DNA of 64,000 nucleotides from Rebecca billardiae RCC1528 (taxonomy: Eukaryota; Protista; Haptophyta). The notes under the pieces were generated by a model. The model saw only the letters and a program-made list of their open reading frames with translations, was not told where the DNA came from and did not search any database. Of this stretch, positions 22,701-33,024 are shown piece by piece. Position numbers and translations under genes: made by a program. Where the stretch lies: positions 4,092,001 to 4,156,000 of the forward strand of contig OZ251223.1 in assembly GCA_965240325.2 (NCBI GenBank), written 5' to 3'. Position 1 is the stretch's first letter. The number at the start of each line of letters is the position of its first letter.

Positions 22701-24629
22701 GTCCCCTGCGAGGGCGAGGCACGGCGAGCCCGGCGCGCCCGCGCTCGCGTCGGGCGTGGTCGCGTTGGTGAGGCCGCGGCACGCGCGCGCCCAGCCCGCC
22801 GCGTGCGACCGGCAGCTCGGGCCCGTCCAGCCCTCGGCGCACGCGCACACGCCGTCGGCGCGCCGCCGGCCGGGCGAGGGCGGCGCGCGCTCGGGCTCGC
22901 GCGCGCGCGCCCACGCGGGCGCGCGCGCGTCGCTCCGCGGCACGCACTCGCCGCGCGCGCGCCCGCCGCACGCGCGCGCGCTGCGCGTCGAGCAGCCGCC
23001 CCCGCCCGGCATCACCGGCTGCAGCGGCTCGGCCGCGCCGAGCGGCGTGAAGCGCTCCGAGTGCTCGTGCACAAAGCGCGCGGTCGGGCGCGCGGGCGGG
23101 TCGCAGCCGACGTCCTCCGCGCCCGCGCGCTGGTACACGCGCACGTGCTCGATCTCGTACGTCGCGGTGGGCAGCTGCGCGCACAGCTCGGCGAGCCACT
23201 GCCTCGAGTTGAACGGCGCGCCGTCCGCGCCGACCTCGAGGCACGTCGTGCACTCGGAGCGCTTGCAGTCCGCGCAGCACTCGCACTGGGGCGGGCAGTA
23301 CGCCCAGCCCCAGCGCGGCGAGAGGTCGACGTTGAGGATGAGGTACATCGGCTCCTCCGGCACCTCCCGCCCGAGCATCGTGCCGTCGTCCCGGTCGCCG
23401 CCCGCGAAGCTCACGCGGCGCGGCGCCGCGACGCTCTCGCCCGGCACGCGGAACTGGCGCACGCCGTCGAGCGCGAACTCGACAAAGCCAGCGCCGCGCG
23501 CCGGCTCGCGCCCGGCCTTCACCCAGTGCATCTGGTAGAGGTGCTGCGCGCCGAAGTGGCTGGCGTTGAGCGAGGTGATCGCCGAGAACGCGTCCGTGTG
23601 CAGACGCCGCCCGCCGGGCTCGTACTCGTCGCCGTAGAACTCGTAGTTGATACTCACGTCGTACTCGGTGCCGTAGATCGGGCCGTACGCGCCTGCGCTC
23701 GGGTAGAGCTCGGGGTAGTACTGCAGCCGGGTGCGCCCGTCCTTGGCGGTGTAGTTGAAGGGCAGGCAGCCGAGCACCGGCCGCTCGAGCGCGTCGGGCG
23801 GCAGCCCCGGCGCCGCCTGCAGCGACGTCGCCACCATCGGCAGCCGCACGCGCGTGCGGTTGATGGTCGCATCGTCCACGGGCGGGCACGCGCCGCTCTC
23901 GACCTTGGCCGCGTAGTCGAAGGTGAAGTCGCCGGGCATCACCTCGACGATGTCGATCTCGGGCGCGCCGCGGCCCACCTCGTGCGCGCAGCCGTCCAGC
24001 TCCTGCGTGCCCCACTGGTTCGCGCGCCGGTCCGCGCGCGGCACGCACGCCGGCTGGTTGAAGGGCCACACGCGGTCGGTCGAGTTGCCAAACGTCGCGC
24101 GCCCGAGGTTGCCCATCATCCAGAAGGCGGGCCAGAGGCCGCCGACGTGCGCCTCGCCGGGCATCTGCGCGGAGAGCTCGACGAAGCCCTCGGTGAAGCA
24201 CAGCTTGTTCCACGACTGCAGCATCGCCGTCTGGAACGGCCGCACGAGCCCGTCGTCGGTCACAAAGTCGTGCGCCGTCGTCTCCAGGATGAGCTTGCCG
24301 TCGCGCGTGTACGCGAGGCTGTCGTTGTACGCGTTGAACTGCTCGTTCGAGAACACCGGGCCGTTCAGCGCCGTCCAGCGCGCGTCCTCGCCGTCGCGGA
24401 ACGTCCGGCCGTCCGTCTCGAACTCGTCGCTCATCACGAGCACGTAACGCACGCCGTCGATCAGCCGCTCGCGCGCGGAGCGCGGCGTGTCCGGGTCGAC
24501 CCACTCGTCGTTCAGCGCGGTGGCGCGCGCGAGGAGCAGCACGGGCAGCAGCCGCATCGCGGCCCCGCCCCAGGCACGCCGACGGCGCCCACGCCAGCCC
24601 GCCGCACTGACGACTGCCATGGCCGCCAT
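15672..24629 (-). CDS. Fusion of an N-terminal KRE6/SKN1-like GH16 transglycosylase and an FKS1/GT48 1,3-beta-glucan synthase (about 2985 aa)
   Basis: KRE6 part: WVDPDTP, LVMSDEF..DGRTF..D..WTA, GLWPAFWMMGNLGRATF, GRGAPEIDIVE, PEEPMYLILN. Then an EGF-like Cys segment and a TM helix. FKS part: FGFQ, LYLCIWAEAGNVRFCPE, NYDDLNELFW, EARRRL, MPSFTVLVPHYGE, WAS..QTLYRTVRG, GDGKGDNQN, YGHPD, LNLSEDVFAG. One uninterrupted ORF; ATG at 24629, 24620 or 24557. Confidence 0.93.
18783..18830. repeat. (GCC)16 coding trinucleotide repeat (poly-Gly in the glucan synthase)
   Basis: Perfect gcc run. Many similar shorter runs occur in the glucan synthase and IP3R-like genes. Confidence 0.9.
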
Positions 24630-25530
24630 GCCTAACGGCGGCCGGCGCGCGTCGGGGCGCACTGGCTGCAATAAGCGGAAAGCCTGCTTTCAGCTTGATC
24701 AACTTGCCTTGATTGTCATCACAGCGCAGTTATTTGGACATCATCGTCAATCATCATTGTCAGTGACGACAGTCCGGATGTCACCAGAGTCTTGACGACT
24801 GACGAGAGTAACGCTCAGTGTTGCAGCGCACGCAGTCGTCGAACCGCATCGATGGCGGATAGCAACCGCCTGGCCCGACGAGCAGGTCAGCCAGTCTGCC
24901 AGGAGCGAGTGTGCAGCAGCGACGCGCGCTGCCGCGGCACGTGGTCGTAGCCCGTGCCAGCGGCGGCGGGACGTCGCGGAGTGGATGTGGAGGCGGTGGT
25001 GGCCCAGAGCCGGAGCTCCGGGAGGAAGTGTGCGTGCAGCGGGTGGCTCCGTCGACGGCGGTCAGTGAGGAGGGGGCATCGATGGCCACGCCCGTCGCCG
25101 ACCTCGGCCGCCCGGAATCGACAATGACGGAACGATCGCGGCCACGAGTCGCCGCGCGCGCGGCAACCCAACGGCCGCGTGCGCCAAGCGCGCGCGGCCA
25201 CGGCGCGCCGTTGCATCACGCGCGCGCGTGTGCCCGGCGGCGCCTCGTACTGTACAGCTCAGCCGACGGCCGCGAGTCCTCGCAGGTGCGGACAGCTGGG
25301 CGCTCCGCTCTGCATGGCTCTCGGCGCAGCCAATCGCACGATCGCTCTCACGAGACATGTTGTGCACGCAGGCAGGCAGCTCCGTGCGGCCTGCCTGCGC
25401 GGGAGTGGGGGGCCCAACGCCGCGGGCTGCGGCCGCGGCAGCGCGTGCTCCGCCACCGGGCCGCGCGCGCCAGGTGGGCCCACGGCGGGGCCGCACGGCC
25501 GCGGCCGGCAGCGCGCTCCTCGCCCGACGC

Positions 25531-26937
25531 TCAAGCCACCCCGACGAGCGAGCGCGCGACGAGGAAGCCCGCGCCGAGCAGCCACGCCCAGAGCGTGCCC
25601 GCCAGGATGAGCGGCTTGGGCCCGAGCTTCTTCATCTCGGACGCGCGCGTGTCCACGCCCAGCGCAGCCATCGCGCACGCGAGCATGTACGCGGACGTCG
25701 TGCTCGCGGCCTTCACCACCGGCGGGGGCAGCGTCACCATCGAGTTGGCCGCCGCGACGGCGACGAACGCGAACGCGAACCAGGGGACGGGCGCCTTGGC
25801 GATCGGGCCTGAGGTCGCGGCCGCCATCGGCGCGCCCGCGCCGGCCGACGGCGCCGCGGGCGACGAGGCGGACACGGTGGTGGCGCCGTCGACGCCGGCG
25901 CCATCGTGGTCGGCGTGGGCCTTGGCGAGCTTGCGGGCGCGCCGGTTGAAGCGCCAGATGCGGATGGTGGACAGCGCCGTGAGCGCGGGCGCGAGGAGCA
26001 TCACGCGCGCCAGCTTGGTGACCACCGCGGTCGTCGCAATCTCGGGCGTCATCGCGTTGCCCGCCGCGACCACGCCGGCGACCTCGTGGATCGTGCTCCC
26101 CGTGTACACGCCCATGAGCTTGGCCGACGCGCCGAGGCACGGGACGATGCGCCAGAGCAGCGGGTACAGGAACATCGACACCGAGCCGCAGAGCACGACC
26201 GTGCCGACCGCCGCGCTCACCTGGTGAGACTCGCCGCCCACGACCGGCTGCGCCGCGAGCACCGCCGAGCAGCCGCAGATCGCGGCGCCGGACGAGATGA
26301 GCATCGAGAGCGAGTCGTCCATGCGGAGCACGCGGCCGCCGAGGTACGCGCCCAGGAGGAGCGTGGAGACCACGACGAAGACGTCGCACACGATGCCCGC
26401 CGCTCCGATCGCGCTGATCTGCTGCAGCGTGAGCTTGAGCCCGTACAGGATGATGCCCGCGCGCAGCAGCCGCGCCTTGCTGAACTTGATGCCGGGCGAG
26501 AGGAGGGAGCGCGCGCGCTCCGGCATGGTGTTGCCCACGACCATGCCGAGCACGGTGGCCCAGAGCAAGGGCGAGAGGTGGCCGGCGAGGAGGTTCTTGC
26601 TCAGGTAGACGGAGCTCGATGCGACGACCGCCGTGAGGGCCACGCCGGGGGCGCGCTCGGCGGCGAAGCGCGCGGCCGACGGGAACTGGCCCGTGTCCGC
26701 CTGCTTCGCCACCTGCGTCCGCGGCGCGATCGTCAGCTCCACCACGGGGTGCCGCGCCTTAAGCGCCGGACGACGCGCGAGCGAGGCCGGCTCCAGCACC
26801 GCCGCGAGCAGGGGCGGGGTCTTGCGCTCGAAAGCGAGTACGCCGGCGGGGGCGGCCACGAGTGTCAGCAGGGTAGACGCGACCAGGCGATACCGTGACG
26901 ATGTTGTGCGACCACATCCCGTCCCCGCTTTGGCCAT
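25531..26937 (-). CDS. YeiH/UPF0324 (putative sulfate exporter, PSE) membrane transporter with signal + transit-like N-terminus
   Basis: LSPLLWATVLGMVVGN, GIKFSKARLLRAGIILYGLKL, LISSGAAICGCSAVLA, GVYTGSTIHEVAGVVAAG, VVTKLARVMLL, VPWFAFAF, MAALGV. ATG at 26937. Confidence 0.92.
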   Translation of the reverse strand: MAKAGTGCGRTTSSRYRLVASTLLTLVAAPAGVLAFERKTPPLLAAVLEPASLARRPALKARHPVVELTIAPRTQVAKQADTGQFPSAARFAAERAPGVALTAVVASSSVYLSKNLLAGHLSPLLWATVLGMVVGNTMPERARSLLSPGIKFSKARLLRAGIILYGLKLTLQQISAIGAAGIVCDVFVVVSTLLLGAYLGGRVLRMDDSLSMLISSGAAICGCSAVLAAQPVVGGESHQVSAAVGTVVLCGSVSMFLYPLLWRIVPCLGASAKLMGVYTGSTIHEVAGVVAAGNAMTPEIATTAVVTKLARVMLLAPALTALSTIRIWRFNRRARKLAKAHADHDGAGVDGATTVSASSPAAPSAGAGAPMAAATSGPIAKAPVPWFAFAFVAVAAANSMVTLPPPVVKAASTTSAYMLACAMAALGVDTRASEMKKLGPKPLILAGTLWAWLLGAGFLVARSLVGVA

Positions 26938-27505
26938 TCGGCGGCGGAGCTGGGCACGCGGACAAAGGGACCGTGCCGGTGTCGAAATGTGGCCGACCGA
27001 CAGTCGCGCCAACTGGCGAGCGAGCGACGCGCGGCGCAGCCTGGCGCGCGGCGTGAGTACCGTAAATTTTCGCGGTGGCCGCGTCGCCCGGGTTTTACTA
27101 CTCGACGAAACTGGTCTACTAATCAAGAAAAGCGAGTACCACCAACACTACTGATCCGATCATAGTCACGTCATGTGACGAGCTATTACAAATTCGGTAT
27201 CGTCGCACACAATTGGGATCCGTCAGGATGTAAGGCGAGATAGTCGTTAGAGCCTGATTATGGTCACTTCGCGGAAAACATCATAAATCGGATCCATTCA
27301 TCCATACATAGTCATTTCTGTTCGGTTGGTTCGATGAGTCCCAACCGGTATTACCGAAACTTCAGCAGATCGACGTTTTTTCGACAAGCGTTCCAGCAAA
27401 GGTGAAGACCGCGAGTCCCGCGTCCGCGACATCGTCACGTGTCACGTGACACGTCCATCCCTCCAACATGAACTGCTTAGAAGACTACTACTTGAAGGGC
27501 GGTAA

Positions 27506-30500
27506 CTAGTCATTACCGCCGTCGCTCGCGCCGGACGCCGTGCCCGTGGCGGCGGCATCGCCGGCATCCGTCGCGACGAGTCGCGGGACGAACTTGCTCA
27601 GGTGCAGCTCGACGAGCTCGCGGAGTTCGGGCCACTCGTCGGCGGCGAACTTGGGCGGCGGCTCGGTGCAGCCGCGGTAGCCCTCGATGCACGCGGCGAT
27701 GCGCTCGATGCGCGCCTTGGACGCGGCCCCCTTGCCGCTGGGCGTCATGGTGCGCAGGTGCCCCTTGATCCCGTGCAGCGCGGGCCACACGCGCGACCAC
27801 GTGTCGCGCTGCTTCGAGAGCCGGTCGACGGTCTGCACGAGCTCGAGCGCCTCCTGCGCCAGCGCCACGTCGATCTCCTCCACTCCCACCGCGTCCCGAT
27901 CCACCGACGCGTGCGACGGCGGGCCGAAGCGCTGCAGCCACAGCGGCGCAAAGCGCTCGAGCACCTTGGCCTGTTCGAACGCCTCCTTGGGCACGACGCC
28001 GTGCGCGCGCGACTTGTACATGTCGACGTCGCTCGGCGAGTCGTTCGCCGAGCGCACGACGGAGAGCAGGCGCGCCTCGTCCTCGGCGCTGAGCGCCGCG
28101 CGCGCGCGTTGCAGCTGCAGCGTGCCCGAGATCGTGCTCGACTGGTCGAGCCGCTCGAGGTTCTCGTCGACGACGGCGAGCACCTGCGCGTGCGGGTGCT
28201 GCCGCATCAGCGCGAGGAGGTAGTCGGCGAAGCCCTCCATCTCCGCGTCGGCCGCGCCGAGGACGACGATCCGCTCGGGCGCGAAGCCCAGCGTCAGCAG
28301 CGTCTTGTGTATCAGCATGCGCTGCACCTTGGAGTCGTCCACCGCGATCGCGCGCGCGGTGCGCGGCACGAGGAACTGCTCGACCTGCTCGGACGTCACG
28401 TGGATCTCCGCCGGGCAGCGCAGCTCAAACACGGTGCGGCGCGGCTCGAACGAGATCGAGCAGGCGCCGCCGAGCGCCTCGGCGCACTTGTGCATCACCC
28501 ACCCGCCGTCGCCCGCCGAGAGCCCCGCGGCGGCGCCGCTCTCGGCCCCGCCGTCGCCGTCGTGCGCCTCCGCGTGCATGCGCACGCCCTTCTCAAAGAC
28601 GGCGGTCGGGTCGTCGACAGCCAGCAGCCGCTCGTGCCCCGGGCCGGGCGCGTTCGTCACGCGGACGGTGAGCGTGGTGCCGTCGTGCTCGAGCTCGGTG
28701 CGCACGGGCTCGCCTCTCGCGCCGTACTTGCACGCGTTCGACACCGCGTTGCGGTACACGAGCTGCAGCAGCCCCGGGTCGAGCGAGAGGGCGGGGAAGG
28801 GCGACGGCCTGCACTTGCGCGGGAAGCGGCGCGTGCTGCCGGGCGCGACCACGAGCAGCTCGTCCAGCCTCAGCGCCTCGTGGCGCGCGGCGTACGAGCC
28901 GTGGACGACGTCGCGCGCCATGGCCTGCGCGAGCACGACGTCGAGCGTCGACTTGAGCGTCGAGCCCAGGTCCTTCACGCGCCGCTGGAACGAGAGGTCG
29001 TACTCGGTGTTGACGATCGCGCCCGAGGTGACGCCCGACTCGTGCATCTCGCGCAGCCCGTCGCACGAGCCCAGCGCGACCAGCATCCCGTTCTTCACCT
29101 CGTGGCGCGTGAAGCGGTTGGTCTCCTCGTCCTTCTGCCGCGCGACGGCCTCGGCGATCAGCTTCTTCTCCGCCTGCTCGGCGACCAGCTGCATCTCTGC
29201 CTCGTGCCGCCGGAGCCGCTCGGTGACGTCGCGCACAAAGATGATGAGCGCCGCGTTGTCCGCGAGCGCGCCCACGTGCGCCTCGAACGCGCGCGGCAGG
29301 CCGTCCGGGCCGGGCACGTGCCACTCCTGCGTGCGCACGACGGCGCCGCCGCCCTGCTCGCAGCCCGCAAGCGCGCTGCGCCACGAGCGCTCGACGATGC
29401 CCTCAAGGTCCAGCTGGTCGGCGGTGCAGACGCCGCGTGCGCCCGGGTCGGCGGCGGCCGGCGCCGACGCGGGCGCCGACGCGGGCGCGTCGGCCGCGCG
29501 CAGGTCGACCGTGTGGATGGCGCCGTGGCAGAAGCGCTCGGCGTCATCGGCCTTCCCGCCGAGGAGCGCGCGCAGGCCCGCCGACGCGACCGTCTCGACG
29601 GTGATCGCCCGCGGCGACGCGCCCTCCGCCCCAGCCGCGGCCCCGCCACGGCCCGCGCCCTGCAGCGCGACCGGCGTGATCGGCGTCGAGATCACAATCA
29701 CGTCGGTCGTGCGCCGCCAGACCACGCCCATCTGCTGCACGAACCACTTGACCTCGTCGTCCATGTAGCGGTCGGGCACGGCCTCGGCGAGCTTCGAGAT
29801 GATGCTCGCGTACACCAGCTTGGCCAGCACGTCGGTGAACGCCTCGATCGCGAAGGGCAGGTAGTGCATGTGCTCGGAGAAGGCGGCCAGCGTGTTGAAG
29901 CGCACGTGCGCGATCTCCGCAAAGTAGACGACGACGAACCAGCTCCACATCACGCTGCAGCAGAGCATGAGCTGGAAGGCGACGCGCGTGCGGCGCGCCG
30001 TCTCGCGCACGCGCGGCGTGAGCCCCGGCGCGTCCTCCCGCGGCTGCGCCCTCGCGTCGCGCCACTTGGCCGCGAGCCGCTGGAAGATGATTGCGTACGT
30101 GCCGAACGAGAAGGCCATCACGCTCCACCAGCCGAGGAGGGTGCGCATGTACGGCAGCACGAGGCCGCACGCGGTGGAGGCGCTGATCGAGCTCGCGAAG
30201 AGCCACGCCCACTTGAGCTTCCGCTGGTTGATCGACTCGATCATGAAGGACATGCAGAAGGAGAGCACGACCCACTCGCACCTGCGCCGCCCGGCGCGTC
30301 GCGCGCGCCGGAGGCGGAGCGGGGCAAGGGGCAGCTGAGCGCGCGGCGCGGCGCGCGCGGGCGGCGCGTGGCCCGAGCGCACGCTCGCACGCACCAGCGC
30401 ACGAGGTGCACGCGGCACTGCGTGAAGTGGTCGACGACGACCGGCGAGGGGAATGTGCCAAGGATCCAGTTGGTGACCGTCGAGACGGCGGTCACGCTAT

Positions 30501-30813
30501 ACGCGACGATGGTGACGCCCTGCGCCGTCCGCCGCGCGGGCGTGCCGACCAGGGCCACGCGCGTCACCAGCGCCGCCGCGGTCACCGTCGCCGCCGTCAG
30601 CGCGGCGTCCTGCTCGCGCTTGTGCAGCTCGAGCAGGCTGCCGCGCTCGAGTGTGAAGACGCCGACCATCAGCGTGATGTACGCGCACCACATGCCCACG
30701 ACGACCGCGCGCGCCTTCTTGCGCTCGTCGAGCGGCGAGGTGCCGACCGGTTCGCCAAGCGAAATTGAGTCCGGCGCCGCGCGCGCGCTGCCCGCGTGCA
30801 CCGCGCTCGTCAT
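27506..30813 (-). CDS. Histidine-kinase rhodopsin-like protein: 8-TM opsin, PAS-like, HisKA, HATPase, receiver and HPt; 2 exons, about 1064 aa
   Basis: Intron 30282-30394 (GTGCG..GCAG) creates helix C HLVRWCEWVVLSF. Helix F VMWSWFVVVY; helix G FTDVLAKLVY (DxxxK). H-box FTRHEVKNG; N-box NAVSNACKYG; G2 SAGDGGW. REC: AVDDSKVQR..VVDENL..SAND..PK. HPt: LHGIKG. Confidence 0.88.
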
Positions 30814-31263
30814 CGTCGCGTGGATCGATTTAGATTTACCCAAGTCTCGGCTACTGTACGCTTCGACGCGATGCCGCCGGGATGATTGCCGATGACAAAT
30901 GGTCGAAGCGGTGTATTGAGATTGACAGTTTTGTGCGGTTAAAAAGATGCTCCCCTTGTCTGAACCACCACCGCGCAAGATGAATATGAAGGCGCCGAGA
31001 TCCCAATTGTCATTATAATAAGTGACGACAGAGTCAAGGGTGGTGGTTGGTCGGGGGCTGGCCAGGGTAGGGCTGGAGGCTTCGGCCGCTCGCCAGCCTG
31101 ATCACCCGGAGCCCGTTATGAAGGGGAAGGGGAATTTTTAGTGCGGTATGATACCGTACTGGTTCATACGTACCGCTTCGACTGGTTGATTCTGGATTCA
31201 CCGGAGCGATGGCGGAAGAGTAAGACGGGCTGTCGGACGGCAGCCAAAGCGTCGGCGCTTTGG

Positions 31264-32983
31264 TCACCGGCTCATCAGCTGCGGCGCGCGGCGCGCGCCC
31301 GAGCTGGGCGCGGCGCCGTCGAGCGCGCGCCAGGCGGCGTCGATCCGCGCGCCGAGCGCGCGCAGCTCGGCGCGCATGGTGCGGCCGAGCTCGTCCACCT
31401 TGGCCTCGAGCCGCTCCTGCTCGCGCAGCTCGCCCACCGAGTCCGCCTCGAGCGCGCGCGCGCGGCGTATGGGGAAGAGGCCCACGTCGCGCGCGCGGAT
31501 CATGCGCAGCGCGTACGCCTCCTGCCCGTTGAGCAGCGTCGGGTCCTTGGACGTGACGAACATGATGTACAGCACGTACGCCCACATGTTGTGCTCGCCC
31601 TCGACGTGCTTGCCAAAGCCGGCCGCGCCGCTCGCGTCGAACTCCTCGCGCTCGAGGCCGCAGATGAAGCACGAGTTCTTGATCTCGTCCTCCTTCTTCG
31701 TGTTCGTCGCGCGCAGCTCCGAGAACGAGTCGATGATGATGCCGGACACGATCGCCGTCACGACGAGGATCACGATCACGTAGTAGGCGACGTTGAAGAA
31801 GAAGGCGGGGCCGGTGTGCGCGCCCGAGTACGCGTCCTCGCCCCACACCCAGATCGGCGCGACGCGGATGCCGTAGTCGAGGTGCAGCGCGTAGCACTCG
31901 AGCAGCGTGCCGCACGCCGGCCCCTCGTTCTCGAAGCCGTACTTGTCGTTGAACCCCCAGAAGCTCGCGACCGTGAAGAGCAGCACAGTCACGAGCGTGA
32001 GCACGACCACCGCGGCGAGCTGCCGCCAGTTGTGCACGACGGCGGTGGCGACGTAGTGGCACGTGCGCATGCGCGCGGGGAGCTCGAGCACGGTGAACGC
32101 GAGCAGCAGGTACGCCTGCAGCACCGTCGCCACCACGCTCAGCGCGAGGTAGCTCCCGTCCCACAGCAGGCGCACGTCGGTCGAGAGCTCGAGCAGCAGC
32201 TTGCGCACCGCGCCCGCGCGCACGAGCAGGCCGCGCGCGCCGCCCGCGCGGTACACGGCGGCGGAGGTGGACGCGACGAAGGTGGGCACGCACGCGAGCG
32301 TGGCGACGGCGAGGTGCGCGAGCGCCACGCCCCACACCGCGCCCTCCGCGCGCCCCGCCGCGTCGCGCAGCCGCGGCGCGTCCGCCGCCTCGTCGTGCAC
32401 GTAGTAGAGGATGGCGAGGCCGTTCAGGCACAGCGAGAGGCCGAGCGTCGCGTTGCGCGTGCCGCGCCGGTTGTCGATCAGGAAGAGCACGAGCTGCCCC
32501 GCGCGCCCGCGCGCGCGCGCCCAGCGGTGCAGCTCGTTCTGGTGGCGCAGCGCGACGATCAGCTCGTGCGCGCGCGCGTAGAAGGACTTGAGGCGCTCCT
32601 CGTCGTTGTCGCGCCGCACGTCGTACACGAGCGCCTCGCGCGCGGCGCGGAGGTCGGGGTGGCGCCAGAGCCGCGTCGACTCGCGCGGCATCGGGAAGTG
32701 CACCATCTCGATGCGCCGGTCGCGCACGATCTCGATCGAGAGGATCGACGACTGCACGAGCTCGGCGCGGCGCGGCAGCGCGAGCCACGCGCGCCACGCC
32801 GCGGTGAGCTGCCCGGCCTCGTCGTGCGGCAGCAGCAGCAGCGCGACGATCGCAAACTCGAGGGTGAGCTCGAGGTCGATCGGGGTGCCCGCCTCCGTGC
32901 CGCCCGCGCGGCCGCCGCCAGCGGCGGCGGCGGCGGCGGTGGGCGCGCCGCCCGAGCCGCCGGGGCCGCCGCCGCCGCCGCCC

Positions 32984-33024
<41 letters not shown>

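Noticed and set aside
17275-24702. 2475-aa ORF overlapping the glucan synthase, and many similar long Arg/Ala/Gly-rich ORFs (e.g. 15612-19280, 27602-30895, 31141-35652, 57551-60631)
   Set aside because: Shadow or antisense frames of real genes; extreme GC3 removes stop codons and no protein motifs are present.
24700-25530. Small ORFs between the glucan synthase and YeiH genes
   Set aside because: No motifs or consistent codon bias; more likely UTR or promoter.
31050-31115. Weak similarity to 43113-43180 (gggctgg..ccagggt..ggctg..)
   Set aside because: Too degenerate and GC-rich to call a repeat by eye.
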